Virus record (IMG/VR): IMGVR_UViG_3300005325_000002
Coordinates: 1-40,289 of that record
Origin: a virus
Lineage: Duplodnaviria; Caudoviricetes
Direction: 5' to 3' (one strand)
DNA: 40,289 bases
Shown piece by piece: positions 25,033 through 34,655 of the stretch. The notes under the pieces were generated by a model that saw nothing but the letters and a program-made list of their open reading frames with translations, had not been told where the DNA came from and searched no databases. The position numbers were made by a program, and so were the translations under genes. Within the stretch, counting starts at the first letter, position 1. Each line of letters starts with the position of its first letter.

Positions 25033-25730
25033 GTCACGTTCCACCCACGATCAGGAATTGAAATCCCAGGAATAGAGGGCGGAGCACCGTCGAGAATATA
25101 AGGTGCATTTCCGCCGTCATTTCCGGCGAGGTTGGTGACCTTGACTTCAAAATCCCGGAAGTTTTCCGCATAACGAAGGCCTTTTTCCTTACGCCAAATA
25201 TAGCGGAGGCCCAAAATCATTAACTCATCCGGATAGCGGCAGGTATCAAGATCGGAAGTGAAGTAAGGTTTAAGATTTGGATCGAGATATACAGCATAGC
25301 GAGATTTATACTCGAAAGCGATAGTATTACCCGCAGCGGGAGCAGGGCTGAGAAACAACCTACCATTCTTGACGCGGAATTGTGTTTCGGAGAGTGAGGT
25401 CATCCCGGCGGCCTGTGACTGCCAATTTGCGGAACTTACCGGCCCAAGAATCACTTCATTTGTGGTTCGATTGAAGAGGAGGCTGTCCAGAAAACTTACG
25501 AACCCTGGAGCGAGGGATTCCAGCAATCCTTGATCCTCCCCCTCAATCGAAACAAAAACAGCTTCGGCCTGAAGAAATGTGTAAGCTTTTCGCTCTTCAA
25601 GCACACCGAGAACTTCATTAAGCAAACCCATCATTTGAAGGGCTTGGTCATCACCCGAATTGGCTACGGAGACAGGAGCTGGGATTCCCGTCCGCCGGCA
25701 GAACTCTTTAATTATCTCTAAGAGGGTCAC
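25029..25730 (-). CDS. Head-tail adaptor (tail tubular protein A-like)
   Basis: MTLLEIIKEFC..TGI N-terminus; LSPAP; synteny; GGAGG RBS. Confidence 0.68.
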   Translation of the reverse strand: MTLLEIIKEFCRRTGIPAPVSVANSGDDQALQMMGLLNEVLGVLEERKAYTFLQAEAVFVSIEGEDQGLLESLAPGFVSFLDSLLFNRTTNEVILGPVSSANWQSQAAGMTSLSETQFRVKNGRLFLSPAPAAGNTIAFEYKSRYAVYLDPNLKPYFTSDLDTCRYPDELMILGLRYIWRKEKGLRYAENFRDFEVKVTNLAGNDGGNAPYILDGAPPSIPGISIPDRGWNVT

Positions 25731-25744
25731 TGAGATTCCTCCGA

Positions 25745-26326
25745 TTATTTAGGTTTGGGAAGGGAAGCCTTGAGACTTTCAAACTCCTTACGAATTGCCG
25801 CCAAAGATTCCTTCAAACTCTCGTTCTCCACCTTCAAGGCGGAAAGCTCTTCCGAAGTCTTCCCGACGGATTTACTAGAAGCAAGCCAATCAATAGCGCG
25901 TTGTTTGAAAGCTCGTCCACCCATACCAACGGCTTGAATAGCTTCCTCATTCATCGCGGCTACGTCTTCGACAGTTCGAATTCCTCGGTCGAGGAAAAGA
26001 CGAACTTGTGCGGGGGAGAGGGCGGGCCAGTTTACAAGCGGAAACCCATTTTCAGGAAGTTCCTGACCAGATTTCCAAAGTTTGTAAGCTTCCCGATAGC
26101 CGGAAAGCCACTGCGCCGGGAAACGGTTGGCACGAACCTCGCCTTCCAACATCTGAAACCACTCATCAACAATCAACTCCACTCGATCTTTCGAACCTTG
26201 CGGAGTGATGAAAGCGAAGTCAACATCCTTCGCCACATAATGGCCGGCTTCAATAGAGGCGTTTCGGTCTTCGACAGCACGGACTTCAAAGGTAACATAT
26301 GGGGGTCGGGCTTCAGCAACATTCAT
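25745..26326 (-). CDS. Conserved-type hypothetical late protein with C-terminal coiled coil
   Basis: GIRTVEDVA (HhH-like) motif; heptad C-terminus; GAGG RBS. Confidence 0.7.
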   Translation of the reverse strand: MNVAEARPPYVTFEVRAVEDRNASIEAGHYVAKDVDFAFITPQGSKDRVELIVDEWFQMLEGEVRANRFPAQWLSGYREAYKLWKSGQELPENGFPLVNWPALSPAQVRLFLDRGIRTVEDVAAMNEEAIQAVGMGGRAFKQRAIDWLASSKSVGKTSEELSALKVENESLKESLAAIRKEFESLKASLPKPK

Positions 26327-26354
26327 GATTTTCCTCGCTCCAGGAAAAAGTAAT

Positions 26355-26387
26355 AAAAAGGGGAAGGAAGAACACGCTCCCTTCCCC
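26355..26387 (-). terminator. Rho-independent terminator after the capsid/decoration genes
   Basis: GGGGAAGGGAG / CTTCCTTCCCC stem followed by TTTTT on the - strand. Confidence 0.75.
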
Positions 26388-26411
26388 CGGACTTAACAAA
26401 ATGTGATTAAC

Positions 26412-26906
26412 TTACGCAGCGGAACCATCATCCATGAAGGGATACTGAATTTCCAAGTAGCACTTCCCGGTGGATGGGGTGTCGGTTGCGGAAGCAGTGA
26501 TTGCCTGCTTTACACGATCACCGGAGGTTGCATTATCGTCAATCGAGCCTGCGGTAGAACAGGCATACACAAGCCCATTATCCGCAACGGAAGCAACACA
26601 CTTCGCAATCGCTTTACCACAGATTTGATACCAACCATAATCAGTTGCCGCATCGTTTGCGGACATTGCGACAGCAACTTGACCGATCGCATTAGCGGCG
26701 AGAAGGGCAGTAGTCCAATCACTCTCATAGAAAGTGACCACACTTCCGACGACAGTACTGCCGACGCCTTTGAGGTAAATAAACTCACCCTCACCGAAAG
26801 TCGGGTCGACAGCCTTAACACGAAATCCGAGTGGATGGTTTTGAACAGTGGAAGTATCAGCAATCTGCTGCATACCGATGATTGCATCTTTAATAACAAA
26901 AGCCAT
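26412..26906 (-). CDS. Capsid decoration/cement protein
   Basis: Immediately after the major capsid gene; GEFIYL, YGWYQI.G pattern; TAGGAG RBS. Confidence 0.65.
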   Translation of the reverse strand: MAFVIKDAIIGMQQIADTSTVQNHPLGFRVKAVDPTFGEGEFIYLKGVGSTVVGSVVTFYESDWTTALLAANAIGQVAVAMSANDAATDYGWYQICGKAIAKCVASVADNGLVYACSTAGSIDDNATSGDRVKQAITASATDTPSTGKCYLEIQYPFMDDGSAA

Positions 26907-26929
26907 AATAAAATCTCCTATGAAATTTG

Positions 26930-26963
26930 CGCGGATTAAAAATTCTTAATTTACGCGGATTAT
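26930..26963. promoter_or_regulatory. 26-bp palindromic site, copy 4, plus an extra half-site (CGCGGATTAA-aaattc-TTAATTTACG-CGGATTAT)
   Basis: Fills the gap between the capsid and decoration genes. Confidence 0.7.
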
Positions 26964-26965
26964 TC

Positions 26966-27937
26966 TTAAGCCTTCAACACACCTTGGCGCCGGCGATTAC
27001 TTACAACCATATTCCCCATCCAGAGAATCGGAATAACAACCGCATCCTGATTGATCGCTTTCATCTCTTCCATGGTGGTCATATCGGCATCAGGATGAAC
27101 AACCAAATACAGATAATCAGTATTGAGGAAGTACATGTGTGCAGCAGGGATACCAGAGCCGCCGTCATACATCACGTCGGCAGTCTTATATTTCAGGCTC
27201 GTAAATCCGCCCTTCGCTTCGCCGGAATCGGTGTAGCGCTTCATGGAGATTTGCTCGCGCTCGTAAAAGGCGAAGTATTCATTAGAGGAAACAATCAAAT
27301 CGGGCTTGTCATCACCTTCTGCCAGTTCCATCCACAGAGGAAGCATGAGGCTTTCCATCGTGGTAATACCGGGGGTGATGCTACCGCCGCCTTGAAGCGG
27401 GGAGGCCGCGGATTGAACAATATTCTTCCAGAAAGTCCAGGTGCTTGAATCAATACCGCCGACAGTTCCAGTTCCAGCATCAGCTACGAGAGCTTGAAGG
27501 CCGCCGATCTGGTTGGATAAGGTTCCGGCGGAATACACATCGGAGGAAAAGTTATTCTTGAAAGTTCGGATAGCGTTTTTCATCCTGGATTTCACCAAGT
27601 TGATAATCCGCGCATCGCCACCATTCGTACGCAGCTCCAATCCGGAAGCAACCACGTTAATCGCGATCTGCTTCCAGGAAAACTCTGCTGCCGAGATTAC
27701 ATCCGAGGCACCAATATTCAATGTATCATAGCCCGAATATCGCTGATAAGTGGAGTTCTCAGCATAGTCAAGCGGCTCCACAATCGACAAACCGCCGGAT
27801 TCATACTTCGTATTCCCTTTGCTTTTCAGGCGAGCAAGCAGGGCATTGTTATTCGAAATGTTATCTTTGATCTCTTTCCGGTGCTTGCGAAAGGTTGTAG
27901 TTACGAGTTCGGTGAAGGTGGAATTTGGGGATGCCAT
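26966..27937 (-). CDS. Major capsid protein
   Basis: 323 aa after the scaffold gene; DNISNNNALL, YSGYD.L, GGID...W.FW.N, YFLNTDY, NRRRQGVL; AGGAG RBS. Confidence 0.88.
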   Translation of the reverse strand: MASPNSTFTELVTTTFRKHRKEIKDNISNNNALLARLKSKGNTKYESGGLSIVEPLDYAENSTYQRYSGYDTLNIGASDVISAAEFSWKQIAINVVASGLELRTNGGDARIINLVKSRMKNAIRTFKNNFSSDVYSAGTLSNQIGGLQALVADAGTGTVGGIDSSTWTFWKNIVQSAASPLQGGGSITPGITTMESLMLPLWMELAEGDDKPDLIVSSNEYFAFYEREQISMKRYTDSGEAKGGFTSLKYKTADVMYDGGSGIPAAHMYFLNTDYLYLVVHPDADMTTMEEMKAINQDAVVIPILWMGNMVVSNRRRQGVLKA

Positions 27938-27961
27938 GTGTTAATTCTCCTGAAGTTTTGG

Positions 27962-28981
27962 TTACGCCCTACTCTTTATATTGAGCAAGGTCTCATTGAG
28001 AGTGTCGTCCATGCTTCCAATAGGAGCCGTTCCGCTTCCCGCTTTAGCACTGGTTTTGACGTTTGCCGACGCCGCGGCAGTTAGTTTGACAAGCTTCCCT
28101 TCGTTTTCGCGCTTGACCTTAGCTTCCGTCTCCGCTGCCAAGCGGGCGGTTTCCAAGGCACGAGTTTGAGGGTTTCGCCAAACAGCCTGAGTATAGGCAT
28201 CGGAAAGGTTTTTCGCGAGTCCGGCGCGAATCAATGCAGTCATATCATCAGCAACTGTATCGAAATGAATATTCGCCGGATCGGAAGCAAACGTGGCGAT
28301 CTCTTGTCGAAGAGTCTCGCGGGTCGTTTGCACCCGTTCGTTTGTGATAGCGTTGAGGTTACTTTGAAGTTCCGCAACTGTTTTATTTAAAGACTCGATT
28401 TGTGGGTCGACGAAGATGTCAGGAGTGGCGGAAAGATGTGATGCATCGAGATTGTAGCCCTTCATAAGATTACGAAAGATCTCGATCCGCTGCTCTTGAG
28501 TGCCTTTCTCGAGGACGCTGTTGATTTTAAGAAGAGCATTGATTTGGTGGATAGGATCAATTCCGGCGGCTTGAAGTTCCGGTAGGTAAGGCGAAACAAC
28601 TTCCTTGACAACCTTTCCAATCGCCGCTTCTTGCTTATAACCTTCAATCCCCTTAAACATATCCTCTTCACGCTTGAGGATTTCCGACTGAACAACAGGA
28701 GGAAGCTTGTCCCATTCTTTTACAGCATCGGGACGCCAAGTCTTGGGTGGAGCAAGAGCCTCAACGGATGGAGGAGTCTCGACACCCTCTTCTTCCTTTA
28801 CTTCTGTCGTGGAAGTCTCTTCACCTGTGTCTGCTGGAGGAGTTGTATCACCCGCAGGAATGCCCGAATCTCCTGAGCTTTCAAGCTCATCCTTAGGTGC
28901 TTCAACATCCTCCACCGAATCTGTGATTCCCAGACCTTCAGCGATATCCAGTACTGCCTCATCCATTTCTTTCTCATCCAT
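27962..28981 (-). CDS. Capsid scaffolding protein
   Basis: Acidic N-terminus; PPKTW...WDKLP..VQ.EI.KRE; helical; upstream of the capsid gene. Confidence 0.75.
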   Translation of the reverse strand: MDEKEMDEAVLDIAEGLGITDSVEDVEAPKDELESSGDSGIPAGDTTPPADTGEETSTTEVKEEEGVETPPSVEALAPPKTWRPDAVKEWDKLPPVVQSEILKREEDMFKGIEGYKQEAAIGKVVKEVVSPYLPELQAAGIDPIHQINALLKINSVLEKGTQEQRIEIFRNLMKGYNLDASHLSATPDIFVDPQIESLNKTVAELQSNLNAITNERVQTTRETLRQEIATFASDPANIHFDTVADDMTALIRAGLAKNLSDAYTQAVWRNPQTRALETARLAAETEAKVKRENEGKLVKLTAAASANVKTSAKAGSGTAPIGSMDDTLNETLLNIKSRA

Positions 28982-29402
28982 TGCTCGCTCCAATTCTTGA
29001 ATAATTTATATCAACACCATGTTCCATCTCTTGACAAAGTTTAGCTTGCTTTTCCGCCGGCCAGGAGGCTACGGTTCGCGCCGCTGTCTCGGCGAAAGAA
29101 TCCTCGAAAGCTTGATTCTCCCGTTCACGACGACGAATGTTTGCCTCATGTTCACCAGATTCCAGAACTCGACAATCATGTTTTTTAAGGTTCTCTCTAT
29201 GCGCCCGCTTTCCTTCGATCCAGTTTCCTGTGATTGGACAAGTATAGCCTGGATAGTCCATCTGAATTCGTGGAGCAGGCATGAGCCGTTTCATTGCGCA
29301 CAGGCAGAACGGGCAGAATTGTGATAAACCAAGATCTTTAAGTTTCACAAACCTCTCCTCAATCCGCCCACAGCTTCGACATTCATAATCATGCAGAGGC
29401 AT
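28974..29402 (-). CDS. FmdB-like zinc-ribbon protein
   Basis: MPLHDYECRSCG...CPFC. Confidence 0.75.
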   Translation of the reverse strand: MPLHDYECRSCGRIEERFVKLKDLGLSQFCPFCLCAMKRLMPAPRIQMDYPGYTCPITGNWIEGKRAHRENLKKHDCRVLESGEHEANIRRRERENQAFEDSFAETAARTVASWPAEKQAKLCQEMEHGVDINYSRIGASNG

Positions 29403-31518
29403 CGGAAGCCTCCTCTGACTTAGCCTTTGAGATTTCGTTCATTTCTCGCTTTGCCTCAGCATCCGCCGCCATACTTGCAGTTTTGATTTGAAGTTGAAGG
29501 AGCTTAGCTTGATGCGACTGGATTGCGAGTTCCTCTTTCCGTTGGAGTTCACGGAGTTTTTGCTGAGCATCAAATTCACGAAGTTGAGCCTCTTGCCCCG
29601 CTATTCGTGCTTCGAGTTGAAGTTTAGTAGTATCCGCCTGCATTTTCTGCTGCATGGACTGGATTTCAAGTTTGAGTTTCTGAGCTTCAGCTTCACCTTT
29701 CGCTTTGTCAGTTTCCGCTTTCGGATCAACCGGTGGGGGAGGCGCTTGCATTTGTTCGAGGCTTTCCTCAACCTCCCGCCCGAAACGATAGCGGCGGACA
29801 ACAGCCCCCATGATGGATTTCATCACTTCGAAGGGCAGGACACCACTTTGAGTCAGGGGAAGGGCGCCGTTAAGAAACTGAGCGATGGCGTTGAGGAACT
29901 CTCCCATGTCGGCGCGTTCTTGGGCGGAATCAGCTTCGACAGTGGAGTCGGTTTCAATGTCAATTTTAAAGTTTCGGAGAATGTCATCCTGACAAAGTTG
30001 AATGACCTCTTCCCAGGAAGGAAGTTGGAGTAGTGGGGGCGGAGGAGAAGGAGCCGGCGGTTGTCCAGTCATCATGGCTTGCTGTTGAGCAGCCTGAACT
30101 TGTGCTTGATATTGCTGTGCGAGCTGAGCCTTTTCCTCCTGTGTAGGGATGGGGAGGTTGACCATCTGATGAAGCAGGTCGGCGGGAAGGTGCTTGAACC
30201 CAATCTCCGCCACAATACGCAAGCAATCCCGAACATAAAGTTGCACACGCTTGCGCATGGTTTGAAGTCGAAGTCCGCCCCACTGTGCTTTAATCTCTTG
30301 TGCTCCGAGGGTTTCAGATGCTCGCGTACTTCCTCGCATGATGTCGGCAATGCCCGTTAACTCCTGGATAATAACCTTCACCTGCTCACGTTGCAAGTAA
30401 AGTTGTTGAAGCACCGCCACGAGCTTTTCAATCGGCATCAACCAAATTGATTTTTCAAGCGTCCGTCCATCTTGAAGTGCCGCAACATTTTCGGCGGGAA
30501 GGAGTGTGTTATCCTCCGCTTCGAGGACCTTTTTGATTCCATCAAGAGAGGCGTCATAGAAACCACGAACCTTTAAAGCGCGGACAATTCGATTGATCCG
30601 GACAGTGATTCGATTAAGTTCCTTCGCCTGCTCCTCATAATAAGAATATACGGGAATAGGAATCAAGGATGAAAACTTCCGTTTGAAGTAAAGCGGACGA
30701 GGGACAGGGAAAAATCCTGAGAGTTTGAGTGGATCAGGAATTTCCTTAATTACCGCATCCTTATAACTCGGAGCGATAAAGATAACCATTTTTGTCTCTT
30801 TATCCCAGATTTCACAAACATGCGCGAGACGTACATCGCCAAGATCTTCGGGAGAATTGGATTCTTCCATTCGATCAGAATCCTCCTTTTTCATCACATC
30901 TAGAGGGATTCGTGCTGCCCATTCAGTTCCAAAGTTCTGAATCAACTCTTCCTTGCTCATGAAGTGATCGAAAGCGAGCCATGGAATGTTTGACCAAGAT
31001 TTCGCGTAACCATAACTAATACGATCCCACGGAACTTCTTCACCGCAGACGGATGCGGAAGTGACAACCTGTGTACCACCTTCGCCCTGGGTTATCAAAG
31101 CGTCCACTTTAAATCGAGTCAATCCACGGCCCGGAACGAGTGCTTCCTCCACCGAGGTTTCGATCAGGGCGTCGAAGTTCGAATAGTCCCTATCATTTGA
31201 ATCCATGAAGAATTCAAGAAAGCGGGAGATGGATTCCGATGCGAGCTTACCAACTGGGTCTTTATCCTGGAAGCGGCGCTGAACTTCAGGCCGCGGAAGT
31301 TGATTATAGAGCGCGGATTGGAGAGTTTCGGTATTGGAATAGAGAATATTATAAGGATGCTGCTCCTTTTTCTCATTCTCATACAACTTTATAATCTCTT
31401 TCGCCTCTTTCCGATAGTCCTTTTCTCGTTTCTGGGCATCCTTAATTTCCTGAACCCAGTATTCCACACTCCGCCCTTCCTGCCGGGCCTCGACTTTCTT
31501 ATCTTTTTCCTGGCTCAA
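29389..31518 (-). CDS. Portal protein with long C-terminal coiled coil
   Basis: Follows TerL; YNILYSN, ELTGIADIMRG, ETLGAQEIK; Gln-rich barrel-like tail; TTG start overlapping the terL stop. Confidence 0.85.
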   Translation of the reverse strand: MSQEKDKKVEARQEGRSVEYWVQEIKDAQKREKDYRKEAKEIIKLYENEKKEQHPYNILYSNTETLQSALYNQLPRPEVQRRFQDKDPVGKLASESISRFLEFFMDSNDRDYSNFDALIETSVEEALVPGRGLTRFKVDALITQGEGGTQVVTSASVCGEEVPWDRISYGYAKSWSNIPWLAFDHFMSKEELIQNFGTEWAARIPLDVMKKEDSDRMEESNSPEDLGDVRLAHVCEIWDKETKMVIFIAPSYKDAVIKEIPDPLKLSGFFPVPRPLYFKRKFSSLIPIPVYSYYEEQAKELNRITVRINRIVRALKVRGFYDASLDGIKKVLEAEDNTLLPAENVAALQDGRTLEKSIWLMPIEKLVAVLQQLYLQREQVKVIIQELTGIADIMRGSTRASETLGAQEIKAQWGGLRLQTMRKRVQLYVRDCLRIVAEIGFKHLPADLLHQMVNLPIPTQEEKAQLAQQYQAQVQAAQQQAMMTGQPPAPSPPPPLLQLPSWEEVIQLCQDDILRNFKIDIETDSTVEADSAQERADMGEFLNAIAQFLNGALPLTQSGVLPFEVMKSIMGAVVRRYRFGREVEESLEQMQAPPPPVDPKAETDKAKGEAEAQKLKLEIQSMQQKMQADTTKLQLEARIAGQEAQLREFDAQQKLRELQRKEELAIQSHQAKLLQLQIKTASMAADAEAKREMNEISKAKSEEASDASA

Positions 31519-32972
31519 AGTTCCATCTCCTGAAGTCGTTTTCGTTGTTTACGTTCGATCAGTTCCATTATTGTCATCTGATGCGGCATACGGGGAAGGT
31601 GAATCATCGGAATCCGCGAAGCTTGAGTCACATACGGACGGCTCATGGCGGCGTAGCGGGTTTCATCATAAGCGTGATCCTCGGATTCCGTGTCCACATC
31701 TTCGGGATCGGTTTCATCGTGCTGGAGGACCGGGAGGGTACGGATCGTGTCTTCACAGCAGTCGAGGAAGTAGATCAAAGGTTGCCCACCCTCACCGACG
31801 AGAAGTTGTCGGAGTTTTTCCGCACCCGCCTTGCGTTTGTTATCCGCCCGCCGCCAAGAGCATCCCATCACAGCCATAGTTTCGCCGATTGAAGGGCCTC
31901 CGTCGCGGATGAAGATCGCCGGATCAGCTACACCATAATTAATCCGCTCGCCTTTTTCCCGTTCAAGAACTCCCCGCGCAACAAGATCCGCCGTCATCTT
32001 CAAGCCCTTGTTCGGCCCACTTGCTCCATACCACTCACGATACTTTATGATTGCGTTTTTTGGCAAGCCCCATGTTCCGTCGCTTACAATATACCATCCG
32101 ACGGAAAACGGTTTAGCAGATCCCCAGTCCATGGCCCGGAAGCGAGTCGCATGCAAGGGAAACCGCTCTGACCAAGAGTTTGTTTCCAGAATATGCTTAG
32201 TTTCATCCCATTCATCGAAAAAAGCGCCGTCAACGATATCCCAGTTTCCTTCCAACCACGCCCGTACGAGAGCCTCGGAACCTGACTGACGCAGACGAAG
32301 GATGTATGTTGGGTCGTTTTTCATCAAGAGTTGATTATCACCAATCTTGGAAGGGATGAAGACATACGACAAAGATACAGTCTGCGGGCCTTCTTCGGTG
32401 GTGAAAGTGCACTCTTCGCTTATAATTTTGAAGCCGCGCGGGTCCGGCGTGATGTACCTTTTTTTGACCCAGTTGTGACCGGGGCCGCCAGGGTTTCCGG
32501 TGAGTCGCATTCCGACTGGGACGCCGGCGGCGGAGCGGAGGGTGGCACGGAGCTTGTTGATTGGAGAGGGGGAGGGGAAGTTGGTGACTTCTTCAACGTA
32601 GACGCGGGTGTAGTTGTGGCCTTGATATTCTTCGGCGTCGGAGTCCCGCTCCAGATAGGCGAACTTAAGTCGCGCTCCGTTTGCCATAAGCCATTCCTTT
32701 TTCTGCTCATTATACTTTGCTCCTAATTTTGGGAAGAGTTGTTTGGTGCGAGCGATTACTTCAGCGAGCTGGATGAGCTTCCGGCGGAAGAAGATTCCGA
32801 CAGCATGCTCACCGTAGGTGGAGGAGTGCTGAAGCCAGTCCCCGATACTGGATTCAGTTTTTCCGCCACCACGAGCTCCGCCGTAAAAGACTTCGAAGAC
32901 TGGACACTCGAGGAGGGCGGTCTGAGGTCCAGGCTGCGGCGACCAGATTATTTTTTGAGCGGAGAATTCCAT
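31515..32972 (-). CDS. terL: Terminase large subunit
   Basis: YGGARGGGKT Walker A, YVEEVT Walker B, TGNPGG, RAMDWG, EDHAYDETRY nuclease motif. Confidence 0.93.
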   Translation of the reverse strand: MEFSAQKIIWSPQPGPQTALLECPVFEVFYGGARGGGKTESSIGDWLQHSSTYGEHAVGIFFRRKLIQLAEVIARTKQLFPKLGAKYNEQKKEWLMANGARLKFAYLERDSDAEEYQGHNYTRVYVEEVTNFPSPSPINKLRATLRSAAGVPVGMRLTGNPGGPGHNWVKKRYITPDPRGFKIISEECTFTTEEGPQTVSLSYVFIPSKIGDNQLLMKNDPTYILRLRQSGSEALVRAWLEGNWDIVDGAFFDEWDETKHILETNSWSERFPLHATRFRAMDWGSAKPFSVGWYIVSDGTWGLPKNAIIKYREWYGASGPNKGLKMTADLVARGVLEREKGERINYGVADPAIFIRDGGPSIGETMAVMGCSWRRADNKRKAGAEKLRQLLVGEGGQPLIYFLDCCEDTIRTLPVLQHDETDPEDVDTESEDHAYDETRYAAMSRPYVTQASRIPMIHLPRMPHQMTIMELIERKQRKRLQEMEL

Positions 32973-33637
32973 CAGCTTCGAACCGTCCCACGACAAAACT
33001 TCAGGTAATGGATATCAAATTCCCGAACAAGAACATCACCAGTAACTGCATTATCCGTACGATAAAGCTTACCGAGAAACGTACTTGAAGCATTCTTTCC
33101 TGTGCCGGAGATTGCTGGAAAGCGGAGTTTTTGGGCAAGATTCCCGGAAACCCAAGTATAATAGCCTGTGGAAATAGTAGTGATGGTGGTGAAGTTAGCA
33201 GGTTCTATTTCTCCATCATTGAACCACTTATAATCAAGATTGAAGGTTGGAAGCGTAGCCCCGGTCTGACGGAAGTGGATGTGGGGGATAATATCCGTTC
33301 CACCTAAGTATACGTTAGGGTTTAAAGCATATTCATGTGGAAGTTGGGTGATGAAGTTCGCAACCTCCGTGGCATCATTCTGCGGAAAAAGTAGCCCAAG
33401 GTTGGTGAAATCATAGTCCGGCTTGACAGTGGCGCCGAGTCGAAACTGGGAGGCAGGGATGCGGAGGTCATCCTCGACGCCGTAGCCTACCTGCGCTCCA
33501 GTCCGCATGTCGATGATGATGTTTCCTGGGGCGAGGTAATAAGGAACCTGTCCTACCACGTCAATGACGAGAGGGGTTCCATTTGATCCTCCGAAGTCAG
33601 AGAGGATGGGAGCTGTTGTAACTTGTCGAACAGCCAT
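32972..33637 (-). CDS. Hypothetical beta-rich virion-like protein between terS and terL
   Basis: GGAGG RBS before ATG 33637; TGATG coupling to terL. Confidence 0.7.
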   Translation of the reverse strand: MAVRQVTTAPILSDFGGSNGTPLVIDVVGQVPYYLAPGNIIIDMRTGAQVGYGVEDDLRIPASQFRLGATVKPDYDFTNLGLLFPQNDATEVANFITQLPHEYALNPNVYLGGTDIIPHIHFRQTGATLPTFNLDYKWFNDGEIEPANFTTITTISTGYYTWVSGNLAQKLRFPAISGTGKNASSTFLGKLYRTDNAVTGDVLVREFDIHYLKFCRGTVRS

Positions 33638-33639
33638 CC

Positions 33640-34137
33640 TCAACCTCCGGCGGGAAGAGGGACCGCTTCCACAACCTTTCCAGCCTCAAATCCGCCACTC
33701 TTATATCCGGCGGCCCATGCTTCAGCATTTTCAACCTTTCCCGGCATGGCGACGACGAAGTTGTTATTAACCTCGACTTTTCCGGAATCTCGTGCGCCAT
33801 ATCCAAGAGCTTTCGAAGTGACTTCAAGTGTCCGCAAGGCCATCGTGTCGCTGATCATGGAAGTGGGCTGCGAGAGCTTGTCCATCAACACATCCGCCGA
33901 CAGATTCGCGAGTGTGTTAATTCGATCCTCAAGTGTCAGGCGAATCACGGGGTCAATCAACTCTTTTCTTCGTTCTTCCAGAAACACTTGAAACGCCCCG
34001 GAATTGATAACATACTGAATCCAGGTCGGAGATTTATCGAAAACCAATGCAAGCTCCCGCCGACTCATATCCGGGTTTGTCAGCACCATATCCGCCAGTG
34101 CCTGGTGGCTATAATCAAGTTTTTTAACATCGGGCAT
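33640..34137 (-). CDS. terS: Terminase small subunit (putative)
   Basis: First late gene; N-terminal HTH-like segment (NPDMSRRELALVFDKSPTWI); GGAGG RBS before ATG 34137. Confidence 0.6.
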   Translation of the reverse strand: MPDVKKLDYSHQALADMVLTNPDMSRRELALVFDKSPTWIQYVINSGAFQVFLEERRKELIDPVIRLTLEDRINTLANLSADVLMDKLSQPTSMISDTMALRTLEVTSKALGYGARDSGKVEVNNNFVVAMPGKVENAEAWAAGYKSGGFEAGKVVEAVPLPAGG

Positions 34138-34180
34138 GGGAGTCCCTCCAAGAAAAAGAAATTCGCGTTCGTATACCCCC

Positions 34181-34209
34181 ACCATACAAGCGCGGGGCTG
34201 GCGTGTCAA
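34181..34209 (-). promoter_or_regulatory. Late-arm promoter TTGACA-17-TATGGT
   Basis: Perfect -35 hexamer and 17-bp spacer upstream of terS. Confidence 0.65.
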
Positions 34210-34235
34210 GCTCTTTCCGGCGGAAGTCAATAAGG

Positions 34236-34268
34236 AAATCCGCGCCTATTAAGAATCTTTAATCCACA
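34236..34268. promoter_or_regulatory. 26-bp palindromic site, copy 5, plus half-site (CGCCTATTAA-gaatct-TTAATCCACA)
   Basis: Matches the motif; ~30 bp upstream of the late promoter -35. Confidence 0.65.
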
Positions 34269-34414
34269 CACGTTACTTTTCCTTCTTATACTACTAATAA
34301 GGGTGATAATGGGACAAGTGACAGAGGGTCAAAAATCTGAAATGCGCGTGTGGCGGTAATACACCGTTAACACCCCGATTCACCGCCCCCCACCTGCCGC
34401 TTGACCACCCCCGG

Positions 34415-34507
34415 GGTTAGGTATGACGAACCCTGACAGGCCGACATAACATTCTTCACCCGACATGAACAAAGTTAGTGCGACCGAATATGGTTAGGTA
34501 TGATGAA
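34415..34507 (+). repeat. Direct repeat GGTTAGGTATGAYGAA (34415-34430 and 34492-34507)
   Basis: 15/16 identity; in the divergent intergenic region. Confidence 0.65.
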
Positions 34508-34573
34508 GATGTGGGTCATAATGACCCGCTCTATATAATAGGACGGAAAATGAAACATGCGCGGATTATTTTG

Positions 34574-34601
34574 TTGACATGTTTTCACAAGGTGTTATAG
34601 T
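34574..34601 (+). promoter_or_regulatory. Strong early promoter TTGACA-16-TATAGT with extended -10 TG
   Basis: Near-consensus hexamers; half-site CGCGGATTAT directly upstream (34560-34569). Confidence 0.72.
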
Positions 34602-34655
34602 TAAATCATACCCGAACCATTCCGGGACGGGACAAACCAAACCAGGAGGCACACC

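Noticed and set aside
30030-30140. Gln/Pro-rich segment in the portal as an intein or insertion element
   Set aside because: No intein splice motifs; low-complexity Q/P loops are common in this type of portal
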